Assembly: GCA_005880075.1 (NCBI GenBank)
Contig: VBJT01000040.1
Coordinates: 1 to 47,168 of the forward strand
Length of the DNA: 47,168 nucleotides
Direction of reading: 5' to 3'
DNA from: Chloroflexota bacterium
Lineage (GTDB): Bacteria > Chloroflexota > Dehalococcoidia > SM23-28-2 > RBG-16-64-32
The notes beneath the pieces are model-generated. The model had not been told where the DNA came from and made no database searches. It worked only from the letters and a program-made list of their open reading frames with translations. The position numbers and the translations under genes were made by a program. The first letter of the stretch is position 1. Every line of letters starts with the position of its first letter. Below are positions 25,198 through 33,848 of the stretch, in pieces.

Positions 25198-25884
25198 ATG
25201 GAGGCGCTCGCAGGCGAGTTCGAAGCTGCTTGGGCGCAGTTTCAGGATCTCAATAATTTGCGCCTCGTCCCCGATACGCTCGAAGCCGAATGGACGCGCG
25301 GCCGCGACACGTACCTAGCCTTCCTGGTCCCGGTTGACGACCCCCATGTTGCTGAGCATCTGCGGAAGCTCGTCCGCGCGGTGGAAGACATTCCCGGTGT
25401 CGATCCGTATCCGGAAGCCTACTGGCATATGACGATAAAGGGCGCCGGTTTTGAGAACCAAAAAGCGGATCGACCGGAAGACGTCTCGCCCGGCAACGTG
25501 CGATCCATCGCTGAGGCCGCCCGCGCCCTTTTCGCTCAGCAGCCGCCGTTCGAAGCGCGCGTGGGCCTTGCTGCCGCTTTTCCCGAAGTAGTGTTCGCCG
25601 AAGTATGGGACGCCTTGCCGGTGCGTGAGCTAAACGAGCGAGTGCTCCGAGCCATCCCGGCACTAGTGCGCTATCCGTTCGACGGGCCGCACTTTTTGCC
25701 CCATGTCAGCATTGCCCGCTTCACTTCGCACCAAGGGCTCTCTCGGCTAAAAGAAACGGTCGCGTCGCTGCGCGAGGAAGGCGCGGGGCCGAAGTTTTCT
25801 GTGCGTCAGATCCGCTTCATTCGCGCCCATCTCTCCAAACTGGCACCGACGTTCGAGACTATCGAGTCGTATCGGCTCAGTTAA
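25198..25884 (+). CDS. 2H phosphoesterase superfamily protein (LigT/2'-5' RNA ligase-like)
   Basis: Two H-x-(T/S)-x motifs, HMTIKG and HVSIARF. The start is uncertain: TTG 25162 or ATG 25198. Confidence 0.6.
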   Translation: MEALAGEFEAAWAQFQDLNNLRLVPDTLEAEWTRGRDTYLAFLVPVDDPHVAEHLRKLVRAVEDIPGVDPYPEAYWHMTIKGAGFENQKADRPEDVSPGNVRSIAEAARALFAQQPPFEARVGLAAAFPEVVFAEVWDALPVRELNERVLRAIPALVRYPFDGPHFLPHVSIARFTSHQGLSRLKETVASLREEGAGPKFSVRQIRFIRAHLSKLAPTFETIESYRLS

Positions 25885-25897
25885 AAAAAGCGACGGC

Positions 25898-26836
25898 CTA
25901 TGCCAGGCAGCGTGGCATCTGGCCGTCGTTATAAGCGACCATGTCTGCGACTGCCTGTGGCAACGGCAGCGCCGCCCCCCGCGGTTCACCGCGCAGCTCG
26001 CTGTAAGCGCGGTGAAGGTTTCCGACTAGTCGCTCCGGGTCGAGCAGCCGTTCGAACGGCCCTAGGTCCGTCTCTCGAGCCGTTTCCAAAGGGGAACGAC
26101 CCGACTCATATCCTTTCGAAGCTGCCTCTTGCACGAACCTGAGATACGCGGCCACGTCGTCGATCACGGCGGGGCCGCAGACGGCGCCGTGGCCGGGCAC
26201 GATCCGTTCTGCTCCTAAGGATCGCACGCGTTCGAGTGCTTCCAGCCAGCCAGAGATTGACCCCATAAGAGCAAACGGAGTTCCGCTGTTGAAGATGATG
26301 TCGCCCGTAAAGACGGTGCGGTGCTGGGGAAGCCACACCAGAATGTCATTGGTGGTGTGAGCGGGTCCTACGTAAATCAGTTCAACGCGAAGTTCATCGG
26401 AATATAGCGCCATCCAGTTCTCGAACGTCAAGGTCGGGGCCGCGAGCTCAATTTCTCCCCAGTCGACGCCCGGGAACAGCGCTTTCGTGCCGAGACCTGA
26501 TTCGATAATTTCCTTTCGGCACAATTCGTGGCCGATAATCAGCGCCTCGTCTCGAAAGACGAAATTTCCGTGGGTGTGGTCCCCGTGATGGTGCGTGTTT
26601 ATTAAGGTTCTTACGGGTAACCCGCTTATTGAACGGATCGCATCTCGGAACGCGCGGGACCGCCGTTCGGTAAAGCAGGTATCTATGGCGATAAGACTTT
26701 CTCTCCCGGCGATGAACCCCGTGTTGTTCAGGCCCCAACTGCCGTCCATCTGCACGTACGCAAATACGCTTTTACTGACCTCTTCGAGTACCGGAAGGGG
26801 CAGTTCTGCGCTGTCTGGTGCCCCTGTGGTCGTCAT
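25898..26836 (-). CDS. MBL-fold metallo-hydrolase
   Basis: INTHHHGDHTHGN, downstream GPAHTTND, and a later His. ATG 26836 is preferred over TTG 26854. Confidence 0.85.
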   Translation of the reverse strand: MTTTGAPDSAELPLPVLEEVSKSVFAYVQMDGSWGLNNTGFIAGRESLIAIDTCFTERRSRAFRDAIRSISGLPVRTLINTHHHGDHTHGNFVFRDEALIIGHELCRKEIIESGLGTKALFPGVDWGEIELAAPTLTFENWMALYSDELRVELIYVGPAHTTNDILVWLPQHRTVFTGDIIFNSGTPFALMGSISGWLEALERVRSLGAERIVPGHGAVCGPAVIDDVAAYLRFVQEAASKGYESGRSPLETARETDLGPFERLLDPERLVGNLHRAYSELRGEPRGAALPLPQAVADMVAYNDGQMPRCLA

Positions 26837-27094
26837 CGGCGGCTCTCTCGCCAATGATACACGGACGCATTAACCGTGCTGTTTGAGCCGCCCTTTCGGT
26901 CTCGTAGCCATCATCGCGCCGGCCACGGGTTTGATCGTTGCTGACAGCTTGCACTTTCGCTCATGGTCACTGGCAGGACTTTTACCGAGGCCCGCTCCAG
27001 GGTGCGGCAGTCGGCGACTCTATGCGGGCGCCTTCAGGCCCGCGCAATTCCCGTCATTCCGCACTTCATCCTCCTCCCCCTTATACTGAGGCGG

Positions 27095-27559
27095 ATGTCA
27101 GCGCCCCATCCGCTCAAGGATCTCGACGGCGAGACGCAGGAGGCCCTCGCGAAGGGCATCGCTGAATTCAATAGCTGGCGCTTTTATGATTGCCACGAGA
27201 CGCTGGAAGACGTTTGGCGGGAGGTAGGGAGTAAGGGCGGAGAGGGCACGCTGGCTGACTTCTACCAGGGAGTCATCAAGATCGCCGCTGGCTTTCATCA
27301 CCTCCTGCGAGGTAATCACAAGGGTGCCGTCAACCTGCTCTCGGACGCCTTTCGACTGCTCGAGTCATACAGGCCGGTTACGCTTGGCATTGACGTTGAA
27401 CGGCTCCTCAATGACGTAAAGGCTTGCCTTGAGCGAATCCTCGAGCTTGGCCCTGACCAGTTGCGCGACTTCGACCGCGGAATGATCCCTCAGATTGTGT
27501 CCAACGCGATTGGGCCCAGCTCTTCACGCGCAAAGACGGTCCCAGGCCACGGTTCGTGA
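27095..27559 (+). CDS. DUF309-domain protein
   Basis: FNSWRFYDCHETLEDVWRE...FYQGVIKIAAGFHHLLRGN is the DUF309 signature. ATG 27095 lies 7 nt after a TATACT hexamer. Confidence 0.7.
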   Translation: MSAPHPLKDLDGETQEALAKGIAEFNSWRFYDCHETLEDVWREVGSKGGEGTLADFYQGVIKIAAGFHHLLRGNHKGAVNLLSDAFRLLESYRPVTLGIDVERLLNDVKACLERILELGPDQLRDFDRGMIPQIVSNAIGPSSSRAKTVPGHGS

Positions 27560-27990
27560 GTCGGCAGTTCATCCGGATCAAGCGGCTTCACCCGAACGCC
27601 CGTCTTCCCGAACGCGCGACCGAAGGCTCGACTGGCTACGACCTCTACGCTTGCCTCGAGCAGCCGATGGACGTCGGACCGCAACCGGTGCGAGTCCCGA
27701 CGGGGTTGGCTATGGAGTTCGCTGCTGGACTCGACGTCCAACTTCGGCCGCGCTCAGGCCTATCCTCGACGGGCGTGCTCGTCGTACTCGGGACGGTTGA
27801 TTCCGACTACAGGGGAGAGGTGCTTGTCACGATGTACACCCTCCCTCAGCGCGAGTCCCACGTAGTCCATGACGGTGACCGGATCGCGCAGATGGTTATC
27901 AGCCGCGCAGAAGATGTCTCGATCGAGCTTGCGGCGGAGCTAAGCGCAACATCAAGGGATACCGGCGGCCATGGTTCGACCGGGCGATGA
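27556..27990 (+). CDS. dut: dUTP diphosphatase
   Basis: All five dUTPase motifs are present: GYDLYA, RPRSG, GTVDSDYRGEV, RIAQMV and RDTGGHGSTGR. The GTG start overlaps the upstream stop (GTGA). Confidence 0.9.
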   Translation: MSRQFIRIKRLHPNARLPERATEGSTGYDLYACLEQPMDVGPQPVRVPTGLAMEFAAGLDVQLRPRSGLSSTGVLVVLGTVDSDYRGEVLVTMYTLPQRESHVVHDGDRIAQMVISRAEDVSIELAAELSATSRDTGGHGSTGR

Positions 27991-28061
27991 ACCGGCACAC
28001 CAGTTCCGCTGTGTCACCATCGTTCCGATAGAATAGATTTCAATCTATAAAGCGGGAAAGC

Positions 28062-28883
28062 ATGGCCAAAGAACGAGACTACTACTCGATATTACAGGTC
28101 AACCGTCTGGCTGACGGTGACGAGATCGACGCCTCGTACAAGAGGCTTGCCAGGCTGTACGACCCGGCGGTCAGCCGGAAGCCGCGGGCGGCGGCGCGTT
28201 GGGCGCAGATCAAAGGTGCCTACGACGTGCTCAGCGACCCCCGGCGCCGCGCCGAGTACGATCGAAGGCTGGCGCGGCAGAGCGGGGCTTTGGTAGGTCC
28301 AGACATCAAATTGCCGGAGTTCCTCGGTAGCCCGTACACGTTGACGGCGGCGGCGATCGGACTCGTCGTGATCGCGCTCGTTGGACTGATTCTCGCCTCT
28401 ATACTGGGCGAAGGCGGTGGGAAGGAAAGCGCGGTCAGCCAGCCATCCGTAACCCCGTCGACGCCCACGCCCACGCTGGCGCCCGGCCAGACTCCGCGGC
28501 CGGCGCCTGCCGCGACCCCGCCTCCGGTCGCCGGCGAGCCGGTTATCACTGCGAGTGGCCTCCAGTATCTTGAAATTGTGCCCGGCACCGGGCCGATACC
28601 ACAACCCGGTCAGACAATCGTCGCTGAGTACACGGGTTGGTTGCAGTCGGACGGTAGCCTGTTCGACAGTTCCTTCAACGAGGGACGCAGCTCGTTTGAG
28701 TTTCCCTTGGGCCAGGGCAGGGTGATCAAGGGTTGGGATGAGGGGTTCTCGACCATGCATGTCGGCGCCAAACGCCGCCTTATTATTCCACCGGCGCTGG
28801 CATACGGAGAGGCGGGACAGCAACCAAAAATTCCGGGAAACGCCACTCTAATTTTCGACGTGGAGATGGTGGGAATAAAATAG
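28062..28883 (+). CDS. J-like domain / transmembrane helix / Pro-Thr-rich linker / FKBP-type peptidyl-prolyl isomerase fusion
   Basis: N-terminus DYYSILQV...[13 protein letters not shown]...[18 protein letters not shown] (J-domain without HPD). TM segment [23 protein letters not shown]-terminus [20 protein letters not shown]...[12 protein letters not shown]...M.VG.KR.L.IPP.LAYG (FKBP). Confidence 0.8.
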   Translation: MAKERDYYSILQVNRLADGDEIDASYKRLARLYDPAVSRKPRAAARWAQIKGAYDVLSDPRRRAEYDRRLARQSGALVGPDIKLPEFLGSPYTLTAAAIGLVVIALVGLILASILGEGGGKESAVSQPSVTPSTPTPTLAPGQTPRPAPAATPPPVAGEPVITASGLQYLEIVPGTGPIPQPGQTIVAEYTGWLQSDGSLFDSSFNEGRSSFEFPLGQGRVIKGWDEGFSTMHVGAKRRLIIPPALAYGEAGQQPKIPGNATLIFDVEMVGIK

Positions 28884-29003
28884 ATCTCAGCCACCCCAAA
28901 ATTTGTCCCCGATTCTCGACCCACCGATCCTTAGTTGACCGTAACGCTAAGCCACCATTGTTTGTTCAATTCATTAGTGAGACCAGCGGAAGGAAATGGC
29001 GGT

Positions 29004-29825
29004 ATGGCATTCATGCGAGTAAACGGGATCAACCTCTATTACGAGGCCCACGGCAAAGGCGAGCCGCTCCTGCTCATCATGGGTTTGGGGGCTAACGCAA
29101 CGGGATGGTGGGCTCAACTTCCGGCTCTCAGCCGCGAGTATCACGTTATCGCGTTCGACAACAGGGGCGCCGGGCGGAGTGATAAGCCGAACGAGCCGTA
29201 CTCCGTTGGCCAGATGGCCGACGATGCGCACGCGCTGCTCGACGAACTCGGTGTCGGGCCGGCTCACGCATTCGGCATGTCGTTGGGCGGGATGATTGCC
29301 CAGGAGCTCGTCTTGCGACACCCGGATAGCGTCAGAACGCTCATTCTCGGCGGGACGATGGCCGGTGGGCCAACGGCGATGTTCGCGGGACCGGAAGTGG
29401 TCCAGCAATTCATATCATTGGCTGGCATGCCGTTGGTTCAAGCGCTGGAGGCGGGGCTAGCCCTCCTCTATAGCGAGGATTACATCGCCAAGAACAAAGG
29501 CGAGCTAGTCCGCCGGGCGCTTCTCAATGCTTATCTGATGGCGCCCATGTACGCTATACATCGACAGTTCATGGCCGTCGTCGGCTTCAATACAGTCGGG
29601 CGGCTCGGCGAAATCAAGGCGCCCTCGCTCGTGCTGACGGGTACGGCGGACAGGGTGATTCCCGCCCAGAACTCGCGATTGCTGGCCGAATGTATTGCCG
29701 GCGCGCGGTTGCTGCAGTTCGAGGGCGCGGGGCATGGATTCCTGGTCGAGAGGGCCGAAGATGTGAACGCGATCGTGCTCGCCTTCTTGAGCGAGTATCG
29801 GACCTCCGTGCCAACCGCTGCCTGA
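29004..29825 (+). CDS. alpha/beta hydrolase
   Basis: LLLIMGLG, FDNRGAGRSD and the nucleophile elbow GMSLGG, with a C-terminal GAGHGF. ggaagga lies upstream of ATG 29004. Confidence 0.8.
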   Translation: MAFMRVNGINLYYEAHGKGEPLLLIMGLGANATGWWAQLPALSREYHVIAFDNRGAGRSDKPNEPYSVGQMADDAHALLDELGVGPAHAFGMSLGGMIAQELVLRHPDSVRTLILGGTMAGGPTAMFAGPEVVQQFISLAGMPLVQALEAGLALLYSEDYIAKNKGELVRRALLNAYLMAPMYAIHRQFMAVVGFNTVGRLGEIKAPSLVLTGTADRVIPAQNSRLLAECIAGARLLQFEGAGHGFLVERAEDVNAIVLAFLSEYRTSVPTAA

Positions 29826-29934
29826 TCCCGCGCTCCTCTCTCAGCTGCCTCGTCTGGCGCTGTCCTCAAGGGAACCAAACCGAGGCCCGTTCCGTCCTAG
29901 CGACATCGAACGGTATTTGCCAAGGAGGACACCG

Positions 29935-30996
29935 ATGCGAGCGTTTCTAGCGATCACGTCAGCCATATGCGTGCTGGTAATGGCAGGCATGCTAGTCGGC
30001 ACTCCTCGGCCCGCAGCCGCCTGCGCTGGCCTGATCGGCTCAAACGGCGCCGTAAACCTGGGCCGCACGACGACGCTTGCAGGCTATCACGAAGGCGTCG
30101 AGCATTACGTGACGGCGTTCCAATTCCAGGGTGGGGGTGGCGAGTTCGGGACGCTCATTCCTCTGCCCGGCGTGCCATCGAAAGTCGAGCGAGGGGGCGA
30201 CTGGACTCTCCAGCGGCTTGAGCGTGAGACCGAGCCTCGGCGGCGGGCGTTGTCGGACCTCGACTTCGCCGCGGTGCCCGCGTCGGCAGAAGTGCTCCAG
30301 CAGGTGCGCATCGACGCGCTCGACATCACCGTTCTCAAGGGCGGCGGCCCGGACGTGGCGACCTGGGCGACGCAGCATGGCTTCCGCCTGTCGCCCGACG
30401 CTCCGGAAGTCCTCGACTTCTACGCCAAGCGCAGCCCCATTTTCCTGGCCGCGGTCTTCGACGGCGAAGCTGCGAGGGCGCGCGGCCAACAAATCGGCGA
30501 CGGAACACCCGTACATATCACCATCCCGACCCCGAACCCCTGGGTCCCGCTGCGCATCCTCGGCCTCGGCAAACAGCCCGATGACCGCGTGGACGCTGAT
30601 GTATTCCTGCTCACCGAGTCAAAGCCTGCCTTACTTCCGGGCCCTCGCGTAGGTCTTACGCTGGCGCATAGCGAAAAGGCAACGGACTCGCTGCTTGCCG
30701 ACCTCCGCTCGGACGCCGGTGGCGAATGGGTCTCACAGACCTCTTGGCTGACCAAGCTTGAGGTGAACAGCTCTGCGGCCGACCTCAAGTATGACCTGGC
30801 TGTCGACACCACACCCCAGCATAGCCCGTCAAGGGTTGCTGCCGGCTTGGAGCCTCCGAATACATCCCTGCTCGCGAATGACTACTCCGCCCCGCCGTTT
30901 GTTTGGGTGCCAGTCGTAGGTGTCCTCGCGCTTCTCATCGCACTTTTCGTGTCGCGGCTCCAGGCGAACGCCGGCCCGCGCTCGCCTCGCCTTTAA
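29935..30996 (+). CDS. secreted, C-terminally membrane-anchored protein, DUF2330-like
   Basis: aaggagg at 29922-29928, then a signal peptide, then CAGLIG...FGTLIPLPGVPS, then the C-terminal TM segment VWVPVVGVLALLIALFV. The DUF2330 assignment is from memory only. Confidence 0.45.
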   Translation: MRAFLAITSAICVLVMAGMLVGTPRPAAACAGLIGSNGAVNLGRTTTLAGYHEGVEHYVTAFQFQGGGGEFGTLIPLPGVPSKVERGGDWTLQRLERETEPRRRALSDLDFAAVPASAEVLQQVRIDALDITVLKGGGPDVATWATQHGFRLSPDAPEVLDFYAKRSPIFLAAVFDGEAARARGQQIGDGTPVHITIPTPNPWVPLRILGLGKQPDDRVDADVFLLTESKPALLPGPRVGLTLAHSEKATDSLLADLRSDAGGEWVSQTSWLTKLEVNSSAADLKYDLAVDTTPQHSPSRVAAGLEPPNTSLLANDYSAPPFVWVPVVGVLALLIALFVSRLQANAGPRSPRL

Positions 30997-31005
30997 GCGC
31001 GCCCT

Positions 31006-31043
31006 CACCGACGCACCGGCCGGGCTGGGCGGGTGCGTCGGTG
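31006..31043 (+). terminator. strong GC hairpin after the DUF2330-like gene
   Basis: caccgacgcacc-(14-nt loop)-ggtgcgtcggtg, a 12-bp perfect stem followed by gtgtgtg. Confidence 0.5.
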
Positions 31044-31168
31044 GTGTGTGCCACTCGCCAGCAGGTTGTAACGTCCGTGCCGTCGCGTGTAACCGCGCTG
31101 AAACGTTCGCCCTGCCACCCTGATGATGAGGGTGTCCCTCGGTAGGTGGAGTATGAGGAGGTAGGCGA

Positions 31169-31714
31169 ATGACAACGTTGGTTATTGTAATCATCGTGAT
31201 CGCGGCCATAATCCTTATCGGAGGCGCGGTCGCATGGTACGTCATGCAGCAAGACAAGCGCCGACGCCAAGTGCGCGAAGAGTTCGGCCCGGAGTACCAT
31301 CGCACTCTCGCTCGTACCGGCGATCGCGGGAAGGCCCAGAAGGAGCTTGAGGAGCGGAAGAAGCGAGTCTCAAGCTTTGACCGGAAGACGCTGCCGAGAG
31401 AGATGGCCGAGCGATTCAGGAATGAGTGGCGGACAATTCAAGAGCGCTTCGTTGACGAACCCAAAGACGCCACAACGAAAGCCGATCAGCTGGTGCAGCA
31501 GGTAATGAACGAATGTGGCTATCCGATGGCGCAATTCGACCAACGCGCCGCCGACATCTCGGTAGACCACCCGGAAGTCGTTCAGAACTACCGGAGCGCC
31601 CACCAGATCTCGCAGGCAAACGAGCGCGGTGAGGCGAGCACCGAGGACCTGCGGCAGGCTTTTGTTCATTACCGCGCACTCGATAGGCGTCTGCTTTCCG
31701 TGTTGAGGAGGTAA
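31169..31714 (+). CDS. N-terminally membrane-anchored conserved hypothetical protein
   Basis: gaggagg upstream. TM segment TLVIVIIVIAAIILIGGAVAWYV, then a charged helical body (FGPEYHRTL...FRNEWRTIQERFVDEP). Confidence 0.5.
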   Translation: MTTLVIVIIVIAAIILIGGAVAWYVMQQDKRRRQVREEFGPEYHRTLARTGDRGKAQKELEERKKRVSSFDRKTLPREMAERFRNEWRTIQERFVDEPKDATTKADQLVQQVMNECGYPMAQFDQRAADISVDHPEVVQNYRSAHQISQANERGEASTEDLRQAFVHYRALDRRLLSVLRR

Positions 31715-31718
31715 CGAT

Positions 31719-32492
31719 ATGTTGCGCAGCTTGAAGGAACTTTTTGGTTATAGCATCCGGGCGACCGATGACATCATCGGTGGCGTCCACGACTTCTTCC
31801 TCGGTGACCGCGACTGGACGGTACGCTACTTGGTCGTGGACACCGGGACCTGGCTCCCTGGTCGCAAGGTCCTTATCGCGCCGGAGGCACTGGAAAAGCC
31901 GGACTGGCCCTCGATGACTTTCCCGGTCAATCTCACGAAAGAGCAGGTCAGGAATAGCCCGGATATCGATACTGCCAAACCGGTATCGAGGCGACAGGAG
32001 GAGGCGCTCCGCGGGTATTACGATTGGCCTCTCTATTGGGGCGGCTTCGTTCCGCCCGCCGGCACCGGCGCTTATCTGCCAACCCCGGCCGAGCTTGAAA
32101 GAATACCGCAGCCGGTTCGGCAACAACGGTCGGCCGCCGCCGTGCAAGAACGGCCCGAAGACACGCACTTGCGAAGCGCCCGCGAGATCATGGGTTACCA
32201 CATTCAGGCCATTGATGACGAGATCGGGCACGTGGACGATTTCGTCCTCGATGACGACGGCTGGCGGACACGCTATTTCGTGCTCGATACGCGGAACTGG
32301 CTGCCCGGCCGGAAGGTGCTGGTATCTCCTGACTGGGTCGATGCCGTCGACTGGAATGAACACAAGGTCCATGTCAGCCTGACGAAGGAAGGTGTCGAGA
32401 AGGCGCCCGAGTTCGAGCCGGATGCCCCTGTGAACCGACAGTACGAGGAGATGCTCTACGACTATTACGGCCGGCCCAAGTACTGGGGTTAG
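31719..32492 (+). CDS. tandem PRC-barrel domain protein
   Basis: Two copies of the PRC-barrel pattern: GYSIRATDDIIGGVHDFFLGDRDWTVRYLVVDTG.WLPGRKVLI and GYHIQAIDDEIGHVDDFVLDDDGWRTRYFVLDTRNWLPGRKVLV. Confidence 0.75.
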   Translation: MLRSLKELFGYSIRATDDIIGGVHDFFLGDRDWTVRYLVVDTGTWLPGRKVLIAPEALEKPDWPSMTFPVNLTKEQVRNSPDIDTAKPVSRRQEEALRGYYDWPLYWGGFVPPAGTGAYLPTPAELERIPQPVRQQRSAAAVQERPEDTHLRSAREIMGYHIQAIDDEIGHVDDFVLDDDGWRTRYFVLDTRNWLPGRKVLVSPDWVDAVDWNEHKVHVSLTKEGVEKAPEFEPDAPVNRQYEEMLYDYYGRPKYWG

Positions 32493-32511
32493 AACTTCGG
32501 CGACTATCGAG

Positions 32512-32546
32512 CGGCCGGCGTCTTGATGGCGCCGGCCGACTCTTTT
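32512..32546 (+). terminator. rho-independent terminator
   Basis: cggccggcg-tcttgatgg-cgccggccg (9-bp perfect stem), followed by actctttt. Confidence 0.7.
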
Positions 32547-32911
32547 CAGAGGCTTCGATTAAACGGACTGCGGCGACTCGCCGGTTTTATATCCAGCGGT
32601 TGGGAGCAGGCTCCCGCCGCACTACATTAGCTCCGAAGCGCTTGGGAAAATCTCGCTTTTACATTTCTGTAAGAAAAGCGATGCGGCCCTATATCCCTTC
32701 TTGAAGATAGCGAGCGTAATCTGCGGCTCATAGGCTTTCTCAGATGCGGTCCGCTCCCATTGCCGGGAACGCGTTCGCCCAATCGATGGAGGAAGAAGTT
32801 GGGAGGAGTGGTGAGTCATTGCAGCCTTTTTCAGGCAGGTCCTTCTCGGCTCATCCCCTTGCTTTGCACCGTGGTTCGGGCAGGTAGCGACGCGACTACT
32901 TTTGGCCTGTG

Positions 32912-33848
32912 ATGGTCTCTAACGCCAGTCGGGCCCTTCGTATTCTTACCTGGCACGTGCACGGGAATTACCTTCACTACCTCAGTCACTGCCCCCACGA
33001 ATTTTTCGTTCCCGTGGACGAGGCCCGTTCATCCCGCTTCGCCGGTACTCCGCCCGGCTTTCCCTGGCGGAGCAATGTCCACGAAATCCCGACCGAGCGA
33101 GTGCCACGGCTGGAATTCGACTGCATCCTGTTCCAGAACGAGCAGAACTACACCACCGACCAGTACGACATGCTCTCCGAGGCCCAGCGGCGGCTGCCCA
33201 AGATCTATCTGGAACACGATCCTCCACGCGCGAACCCAACCGACCAGCGCCACATCGTCGAGGATCCGGATGTTCTGATCGTGCATGTCACGGACTTCAA
33301 CCGGCTGATGTGGGACTGCGGCCCTGCCCCGGTAAGGGTCATCGAACATGGAGTTGCGCCGCTAGAAGAAGTGCGCTGGAGCGGAGAAATGCGGCGTGGC
33401 ATCGTTGTCGTGAATAACCTCTCGCTCCGCGGACGGCGCCTCGGGGCCGACGTCTTCGAGCAAGTCCGCTGGCAAGTCCCGCTGGACGTAGCCGGAGTTG
33501 CCTCCGAGTCGTTCGGCGGGCTCGGCGACGTACCGTCCACTTGCTTAGCCTCGCTCATGTCTGCTCGGCATGCCGATCGTCGGCCTCGCCACCACCGAAC
33601 TGGCGACCGTCGTCGAAAACGGCGTCTCAGGATGGATTGACACCTGCGTTGACCGCCTCGTTGACACGATGCGGGATCTTTTAGACGATCCCACAAAAGC
33701 CAAGCGTTGGGGAGAAGGCGCGCGCCGCCGCGCCCTCGCTCGGTTTAACATTAACCGCTTCGCCGCGGACTGGGACGATACCTTCCGCCTGGTGACGAGA
33801 ACTCGTGCGACTAAGGAAGCAGCAGTTCCGGCGGGGTCGATCTTGTGA
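32912..33848 (+). pseudogene. GT-B-type glycosyltransferase gene with a frame break and a missing segment near 33560
   Basis: The N-terminal ~215 aa (RILTWHVHGNYLHYL...GGLGDVPSTCLASLMSARH) lie in one frame. The C-terminal ~95 aa (LLGMPIVGLATTELATVVENGVSGWIDT...) lie in another. The stretch normally preceding the G-x-P-v-V motif is absent. Confidence 0.55.

Noticed and set aside
32622-32819. The 65-aa minus-strand ORF in the AT-richer spacer.
   Set aside because: It has no RBS, no recognisable motif and odd composition. It is more likely non-coding regulatory DNA.
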